NCBI GenBank assembly: GCA_030157865.1 | Contig: JAOATY010000010.1 | Location: 3,987 to 67,986, forward strand | From: Candidatus Nanopelagicales bacterium | GTDB taxonomy: Bacteria; Actinomycetota; Actinomycetes; S36-B12; UBA5976 | Length of the DNA: 64,000 bases | Reading direction: 5' to 3' | Part shown: positions 58,373 to 64,000 of the stretch, piece by piece | How positions within the stretch are numbered: position 1 is the stretch's first letter | How the letters are laid out: each line of letters starts with the position of its first letter | Program-made: the position numbers and the translations under genes | The notes under the pieces: generated by a model | What the model was told of the DNA's origin: nothing | The model's input: the letters and a program-made list of their open reading frames with translations, nothing else | The model's database searches: none

Positions 58373-60250
58373 CTATTCGGCCCGAAGAAGTGGTCGCAAA
58401 ATGTCCAAAATTGAAGCGTCCTCGATAGTGCTTGGGATATCCACGTGTTTTCCGTCGGCGATTCCACGCATGGTCTTGCGAAGTACCTTGCCAGACCGAG
58501 TCTTTGGAAGCCCTGGAACAATCACTACTTCGTTTAAGGCAGCTACCGGCCCAACTTCTTTTCGAACCAATGCCACGATTTGTTTACGTAATTCTTCGGC
58601 ATCAACTTGAGCGCCGGCCTTAAGTACTACGAACGCTTTTGGAATCTGACCCTTGATTGCATCTGCGACACCGATCACCGCACACTCCGCTACCAACTCA
58701 TGTGTTGCGACAACTGCTTCGAGTGAACCTGTGCTCAGGCGATGTCCAGCAACGTTGATTACATCGTCTGTGCGTCCCATGATGTAGACGTATCCGTCTT
58801 CATCAATGTAGCCACCGTCACCACTGGCATACATACCTGGGAAAACAGTTAGATAGGAATCGATGTACCGCTGGTCATCTCCCCAAAGCGTGGGCAAAGT
58901 TCCAGGCGGCAACGGCAACGTGATCGCAATGTTGCCTTCCGTTCCAGGTGGCAATTCCTTGCCTGATTCATCAAGCACCTTTATGTCGTAGCCAGGAATC
59001 GCAACTGTTGGTGAGCCTGGTTTGATTGGCATTGGTTCAAGTCCGCGCAAGTTAGAAGCAATTGGCCAGCCCGTTTCGGTTTGCCACCAGTTATCGATTA
59101 CTGGCACACCTAGATTTTCAGTTGCCCAATGGTAAGTGTCAGGATCCAGACGCTCGCCAGCAAGAAACAGGTTTTCAAACTTTGAAAGATCGGTCTTCTT
59201 AATGAAATCTCCGTTGTAATCTTCTTTTCGGATTGCGCGGATTGCAGTTGGCGCTGTGAACAATCCTTTAACGCCATACTTTTCAATAACTCGCCAAAAA
59301 GTTCCAGCATCTGGTGTGCCAACTGGCTTGCCTTCAAAAACAATGGTTGTTGCGCCAGCAAACAAAGGTGCATAAACAATGTAGGAATGACCAACTACCC
59401 AGCCAACATCTGAAGCGGACCACCACATGTCGCCAGCTTCGATGTTGTAAACATTCTTCATAGACCAAGTAAGTGCAACGGCATGTCCACCGTTATCGCG
59501 AACAATACCTTTAGGTTTTCCAGTTGTGCCAGATGTGTACAAAATGTAAAGCGGATCCGTTGCTGCAACTGACACACATTCAGCAGGCTCAGCCATGGCC
59601 ATTGCGTCTTTCCAGTCCATATCAAGTGGACCAAGTTCGACTGGATGCTGTTCGCGCTGCAAAATGATGCAGCGACTTGGCTTATGTGTTGCAAGGGCAA
59701 TCGATTCATCGAGCATGGGTTTATATTCAACAATTCGAGTGGGTTCTAAACCGCACGATGCCGAGACAATTACTTTTGGTTTCGCATCATCAATTCTTGC
59801 TGCTAGTTCTGCCGGAGCAAATCCACCAAAGACAACGGAATGAACTGCGCCCAATCTGGCACAAGCCAGCATGGCGATTAAGGCTTCAGGAACCATCGGC
59901 ATATAGATAACTACCCGGTCCCCTTTTACAACTCCTGCCATTCGCAGAGCACCAGCAAATCGCGCAGTCTTTTCAAGCATTTGGGCATAGGTCAGGATTG
60001 AAGATTTACCAGTGATTGCGCTTTCGTGGATTACTGCCGGTTGATCTGCGCGACCATCAATAACGTGTCGATCTAGTGCGTTGTAGCAAGTGTTCAACAT
60101 GCCATCAGAGAACCAGCGATACAGCGGAACGTTGCTGTCATCCAGAATTACTTTTGGAGCCTTATCCCACTTAACTAACTTGGCAGCCTCACCCCAGAAT
60201 CCATTAGGGTCACTCAAGCTTTGTTGGTAGGCCCGCTGGTAATCACTCAT
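58373..60250 (-). CDS. prpE: Propionyl-CoA synthetase (acetate/propionate--CoA ligase)
   Basis: LNTCYNALDRHV, YTSGTTGKPKGIVRDNGG, DNWWQTETG, GHRLSTG, LPKTRSGK. Confidence 0.87.
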   Translation of the reverse strand: MSDYQRAYQQSLSDPNGFWGEAAKLVKWDKAPKVILDDSNVPLYRWFSDGMLNTCYNALDRHVIDGRADQPAVIHESAITGKSSILTYAQMLEKTARFAGALRMAGVVKGDRVVIYMPMVPEALIAMLACARLGAVHSVVFGGFAPAELAARIDDAKPKVIVSASCGLEPTRIVEYKPMLDESIALATHKPSRCIILQREQHPVELGPLDMDWKDAMAMAEPAECVSVAATDPLYILYTSGTTGKPKGIVRDNGGHAVALTWSMKNVYNIEAGDMWWSASDVGWVVGHSYIVYAPLFAGATTIVFEGKPVGTPDAGTFWRVIEKYGVKGLFTAPTAIRAIRKEDYNGDFIKKTDLSKFENLFLAGERLDPDTYHWATENLGVPVIDNWWQTETGWPIASNLRGLEPMPIKPGSPTVAIPGYDIKVLDESGKELPPGTEGNIAITLPLPPGTLPTLWGDDQRYIDSYLTVFPGMYASGDGGYIDEDGYVYIMGRTDDVINVAGHRLSTGSLEAVVATHELVAECAVIGVADAIKGQIPKAFVVLKAGAQVDAEELRKQIVALVRKEVGPVAALNEVVIVPGLPKTRSGKVLRKTMRGIADGKHVDIPSTIEDASILDILRPLLRAE

Positions 60251-60305
60251 AGGAAGTGTCTACCACTAATGAGCAACGCGAGAGTCAGAAGGTGTGAGAA
60301 AAGTA

Positions 60306-61412
60306 TTAATTTTTGGTGGCAGCAGCAAGCTGGCCGCAAGCACCGTCGATATCGCGACCGCGAGTATCACGCACGGTAACTGGTACGCCATGGCTCTTTA
60401 AGCGACGTACGAACTCATCTTCATCCTCTGGACGAGAAGCAGTCCACTTGGATCCTGGTGTTGGGTTAAGTGGAATCAAGTTAACGTGAACTAAATTGCC
60501 TGCAAGTTTTTCGCCAAGTAAGTCAGCGCGCCAAGCCTGATCGTTAATGTCCTTGATCATCGCGTATTCAATTGAAATACGTCGACCAGTTTTGTCTGCG
60601 TAATACCAAGCTGCATCCAAGACTTCTTGAACTTTAAATCGAGTGTTGATTGGTACCAAAGTGTCGCGCAATTCATCATCTGGAGCATGCAAAGAAACTG
60701 CAAGCGTTACAGGGATGCCTTCTTCAGCTAATTGACGCATACGAGGAACCAAACCAACGGTTGAAACTGTGATGCCGCGAGCTGACATACCGAATCCGGC
60801 GGGAGCTGGTTCAGTTAGTCGGCGAATCGCACCAATCACGCTGTTGTAGTTGGCCATAGGTTCGCCCATGCCCATGAAAACTAAATTATTAACGCGGCCA
60901 ATGCCACCATCGATTTCACCCTTGGCAAGCGAACGTGCGCCTGCCAAAACTTGCTCAACAATTTCAGCGGTAGAGAGGTTACGAGTAAGTCCGCCTTGTC
61001 CCGTGGCACAGAACGGACAGTTCATTCCGCAACCGGCTTGGGATGAAATACACATCGTTACGCGATCGGTGTAGCGCATCAATACGCTCTCGACCAAAAC
61101 TCCATCAAAGAGTTTCCAAACCTGTTTAACCGTTGCGCCGTTATCGCACTTAAGTTCACGAACGCTTGTCATCAATTCTGGGAACAATAGGTCCTTGACC
61201 GCTTCCCGCATATCTGCTGGGACATCGGTCCAAGAATTGGTGTCATTATTTAGGCGCTGGTACCACTGACGAGAAAACTGATCTGCACGAAATCCTGGTA
61301 ACCCAAGTTCAACTACCTGAGCCTTGCGCTCTTCAACAGTCCAATCGGACCAATGCTTAGGTGGTTTTGGTCGCTTTGGTTCGACCATGATCAATTCACC
61401 GGGTGCAGGCAT
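60306..61412 (-). CDS. rlmN: Dual-specificity RNA methyltransferase RlmN
   Basis: [37 protein letters not shown]. Confidence 0.97.
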   Translation of the reverse strand: MPAPGELIMVEPKRPKPPKHWSDWTVEERKAQVVELGLPGFRADQFSRQWYQRLNNDTNSWTDVPADMREAVKDLLFPELMTSVRELKCDNGATVKQVWKLFDGVLVESVLMRYTDRVTMCISSQAGCGMNCPFCATGQGGLTRNLSTAEIVEQVLAGARSLAKGEIDGGIGRVNNLVFMGMGEPMANYNSVIGAIRRLTEPAPAGFGMSARGITVSTVGLVPRMRQLAEEGIPVTLAVSLHAPDDELRDTLVPINTRFKVQEVLDAAWYYADKTGRRISIEYAMIKDINDQAWRADLLGEKLAGNLVHVNLIPLNPTPGSKWTASRPEDEDEFVRRLKSHGVPVTVRDTRGRDIDGACGQLAAATKN

Positions 61413-61439
61413 ACCAATAGCCTACGGGCTGATTGCTAG

Positions 61440-62264
61440 TTAGAGAAAAAATCCAAATAGCAGCCACGCCATAAAGGCATTAACAACTAACGAGTCGAGG
61501 CGATCCATAACGCCACCATGTCCTGGCAACAAAGATCCCATGTCCTTTATGCCAAGATCGCGCTTAATCATGGATTCGATTAGGTCTCCAATGGTTGCGG
61601 TCAGCATCATGACAAAGCCAACGATTGCGCCTTCCCACCAAGGCTGATCAAATACATAAACCCAAAGTGAAATACCAACAGCCAGCTGTAAGACAAATGC
61701 TCCCGCAAAGCCTTCCCATGACTTCTTTGGCGAAATTTTTGGAGCCATTGGATGCTTGCCGAATAGCGCGCCAGCGATATAGCCACCAAGGTCTGTGGCG
61801 GCAGTTAGCAGAATGAAGGCCATAACTTTCCAGGCGCCGTCTTCTTGTATGGAAAGCAAGACGGCAAAGCCGGCAAGTAGCGGCGCGTAGACCAGCGCAA
61901 AAAGTGACCGCGTTACGTGATGAACATATGCTTCTTGGCCATCAAGTAAACGAACCGTCAAAACCAACAGCGCGCTTGCAACAAAAGCTGAGACAAGTCC
62001 TTCCAGTCCCGAAACCGATGCCGCAATAACCATCGCTGGCGAAAGGATCTGAAGCAAAATGCTCATGCGATCGGAAAGTCCGACGGCAAGTGATTTGCTT
62101 AGTTCTCGCACAGCCAGCATTGCTGCGAAGGCAACAAGAATCGCAAAGAATCGAACGTCAATAAATAGTGAGGCGATCACAGTTGCCAAGAGGCCAAGAC
62201 CAACAGCGATAGCTGCTGGGAGATTTCGTCCTGCCTTACCGTAATCAGGTTGAGTTGAAGTCAT
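61440..62264 (-). CDS. cdsA: Phosphatidate cytidylyltransferase
   Basis: ISPKKSWEG, GDLIESMIKRDLGIKD, PGHGGVMDRLDS. Confidence 0.96.
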   Translation of the reverse strand: MTSTQPDYGKAGRNLPAAIAVGLGLLATVIASLFIDVRFFAILVAFAAMLAVRELSKSLAVGLSDRMSILLQILSPAMVIAASVSGLEGLVSAFVASALLVLTVRLLDGQEAYVHHVTRSLFALVYAPLLAGFAVLLSIQEDGAWKVMAFILLTAATDLGGYIAGALFGKHPMAPKISPKKSWEGFAGAFVLQLAVGISLWVYVFDQPWWEGAIVGFVMMLTATIGDLIESMIKRDLGIKDMGSLLPGHGGVMDRLDSLVVNAFMAWLLFGFFL

Positions 62265-62267
62265 TAA

Positions 62268-62825
62268 CTAGACCTCTAGAAGTTCAGCTTCTTTGTGCTT
62301 GAGCATGTCATCGATGTGACCAACAGCTTTTGTGGTTAGGTCTTCAAGTGATTTTTCAGCGCGAACTACATCATCTTTACCTGCATCGCCATCTTTAGCC
62401 ATTTTTTCAAGGGCTTCTTTGGCGCTACGACGAATGTTGCGAATTGCAATACGGGCGTCTTCAGCTTTTGCCTTAGCAACCTTGATGAATTCTTTACGGC
62501 GCTCTTCAGTTAGTTGCGGGAATGGCACACGAACGATTGCACCGTCATTTGATGGGTTAACACCTAGGTCGGAGTCGCGAATCGCGCGCTCAATTGCGCC
62601 AAGTGCAGTCTTGTCGAATGGTGTTACGACGGCAACGCGTGGCTCTGGAGTCTGAATCGATGCGACTTGCTGTAACGGAGTTGGTGTTCCGTAGTAATCA
62701 ACCATGATCTTTGAGAACAAAGCTGCGTTAGCGCGTCCGGCACGAATTGTGGTGAATTCTTCGCGAGTTACTTCAGTTGCCTTTGACATCTTTTCTTCGG
62801 CATCTTTTAAGGTCTCGTTAATCAT
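62268..62825 (-). CDS. frr: Ribosome recycling factor
   Basis: IRAGRAN, DYYGTPTP, LGVNPSNDG, LTEERR, IRNIRR. Confidence 0.97.
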   Translation of the reverse strand: MINETLKDAEEKMSKATEVTREEFTTIRAGRANAALFSKIMVDYYGTPTPLQQVASIQTPEPRVAVVTPFDKTALGAIERAIRDSDLGVNPSNDGAIVRVPFPQLTEERRKEFIKVAKAKAEDARIAIRNIRRSAKEALEKMAKDGDAGKDDVVRAEKSLEDLTTKAVGHIDDMLKHKEAELLEV

Positions 62826-62840
62826 GTCTGCTCAAATCCT

Positions 62841-63596
62841 CTAGTGACTGGTCTTAATTAGGGTTCCGACTGTTTCTCCACGAACTGCGCGAGCGATGTT
62901 GCCATCTACTAGCAAATTGAAAACTACGATTGGCAAGTCATTGTCGCGGCAAAGGCTAATTGCAGTTGCATCTGCAACCTTCAAGTTCTGCGTTAGAACG
63001 TCATCATGACTTAAGTTTTCGTAGCGCTTAGCGGAAGGATTTGTGCGAGGGTCATCGTCATAAACGCCATCAACACCCTTGGCCATCAAAACAACTTCGC
63101 AGCCAATTTCAAGTGCACGCTGGGCTGCGCAGCTGTCAGTGCTGAAGTACGGAGTACCAAGACCGGCACCAAAGATAACTACGCGACCTTTTTCCAGGTG
63201 ACGCACGGCGCGACCTGGAATGTAAGGCTCAGCAACCTGACTCATTGGAATTGCAGTTTGAACACGAGTGGCAACACCTTGCTTCTCGAGGAAATCCTGA
63301 AGCGCTAGGCAGTTCATGACCGTGCCGAGCATACCCATGTAGTCAGCTCGCGCCCGATCCATGCCGCGTTCAGCTAGCTGGGCTCCACGGAAGTAATTGC
63401 CACCACCGATTACGACTGCAACTTCTGCACCGGATTCAACTACGCCGGCAATTTGGCGGGCGATGTCATTAACAACATCTGGATCAACACCGAGTTTTCC
63501 TTCGCCAGCAAAGGCTTCACCGGAAAGCTTTAAAAGCACTCGCTTCCAGCCACCTTGTGGAACACCGGGCCAGATGGGATTTTCAGATGCGCTCAC
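62841..63596 (-). CDS. pyrH: UMP kinase
   Basis: [36 protein letters not shown]. Confidence 0.97.
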   Translation of the reverse strand: MSASENPIWPGVPQGGWKRVLLKLSGEAFAGEGKLGVDPDVVNDIARQIAGVVESGAEVAVVIGGGNYFRGAQLAERGMDRARADYMGMLGTVMNCLALQDFLEKQGVATRVQTAIPMSQVAEPYIPGRAVRHLEKGRVVIFGAGLGTPYFSTDSCAAQRALEIGCEVVLMAKGVDGVYDDDPRTNPSAKRYENLSHDDVLTQNLKVADATAISLCRDNDLPIVVFNLLVDGNIARAVRGETVGTLIKTSH

Positions 63597-63658
63597 GACC
63601 TCAATCTTGCCTTACTGGCCATAAAAAGTCTGCAGTGACCCCATAAAAATTCCCCAAC

Positions 63659-63718
63659 AAAAACCTTTGGCGCTACCCCACCAACTGGATCACAGTCGGG
63701 AGATAGCGCCAAAAGAGG
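63659..63718 (-). terminator. Terminator-like hairpin after tsf
   Basis: Minus strand TTTGGCGCTATCTC...GGGGTAGCGCCAAAG followed by TTTTT. Confidence 0.65.
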
Positions 63719-63732
63719 CTGGAAAATACTAG

Positions 63733-64000
63733 TTAGCCAGCAATTTCAATTCGAGTGAAGCTAGTGATTGTGGTTCCGGCTTCTTCTAGAACCTGCTTCA
63801 CGGACTTCTTGTTATCGATTACTGAGGACTGCTCTAGTAGACAGTTGTCCTTGAAGAAACCGTTTACGCGACCTTCCACGATCTTTGGAAGTGCGCCTTC
63901 TGGCTTACCTTCTTCTTTGGCTGTTTCAAGTGCAATGTGCTTTTCGTTCTCAACTACATCTGCAGGAACTTCTTCCCGAGTTAAGTAAGTTGGGCGCATT
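63733..64000 (-). CDS. tsf: Elongation factor Ts, C-terminal part (starts outside window)
   Basis: EGKPE..L.KIVEGR..GFFK...LLEQ; upstream of pyrH-frr. Confidence 0.95.
   Translation of the reverse strand, partial: MRPTYLTREEVPADVVENEKHIALETAKEEGKPEGALPKIVEGRVNGFFKDNCLLEQSSVIDNKKSVKQVLEEAGTTITSFTRIEIAG

Noticed and set aside
146-63988. Many short antisense or alternate-frame ORFs in the track (e.g. 1642-2055, 4821-5426, 19499-19906, 36962-37309)
   Set aside because: They shadow well-supported genes on the opposite strand or frame and show no recognisable motifs
1-64000. rRNA, tRNA, IS elements, prophage, integrase
   Set aside because: None recognisable; nearly all sequence is accounted for by housekeeping or metabolic CDSs and short spacers

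Overview
A 64-kb chromosomal segment of a compact actinobacterium. GC is moderate by eye and intergenic spacers are short; a streamlined planktonic or freshwater lineage is a guess. Most of it is conserved core genome: a two-component system, the trpE/his cluster, ybaK, dnaE1, rluA-lspA-dksA-like, T-box-controlled ileS, the divIVA-sepF-ftsZ...mraZ (dcw) cluster, and prpE-rlmN-cdsA-frr-pyrH-tsf. Two accessory blocks stand out. (1) 39.7-45.3 kb: a DNA-damage operon, DUF6504 (ImuB-C-like) - SAV_6107-type HEPN - dnaE2 - dinB. It has no imuA'/imuB and sits behind a PafBC/RecA-NDp-type promoter overlapped by a perfect LexA box. Three of its proteins carry candidate beta-clamp motifs, suggesting a non-canonical mutasome with a HEPN subunit. 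(2) 45.4-57.3 kb: an amine/polyamine/lysine catabolic cluster containing a ~190-nt, extensively paired leader RNA that I cannot assign to a known family. Other signals: the mraW RNA motif with a complementary partner in the mraZ leader, MraZ-, FtsR-, OmpR-, GntR- and Lrp-type operators, and many apparently leaderless genes. No rRNA, tRNA, CRISPR or mobile element was seen. All family assignments come from motif recognition, not database searches.
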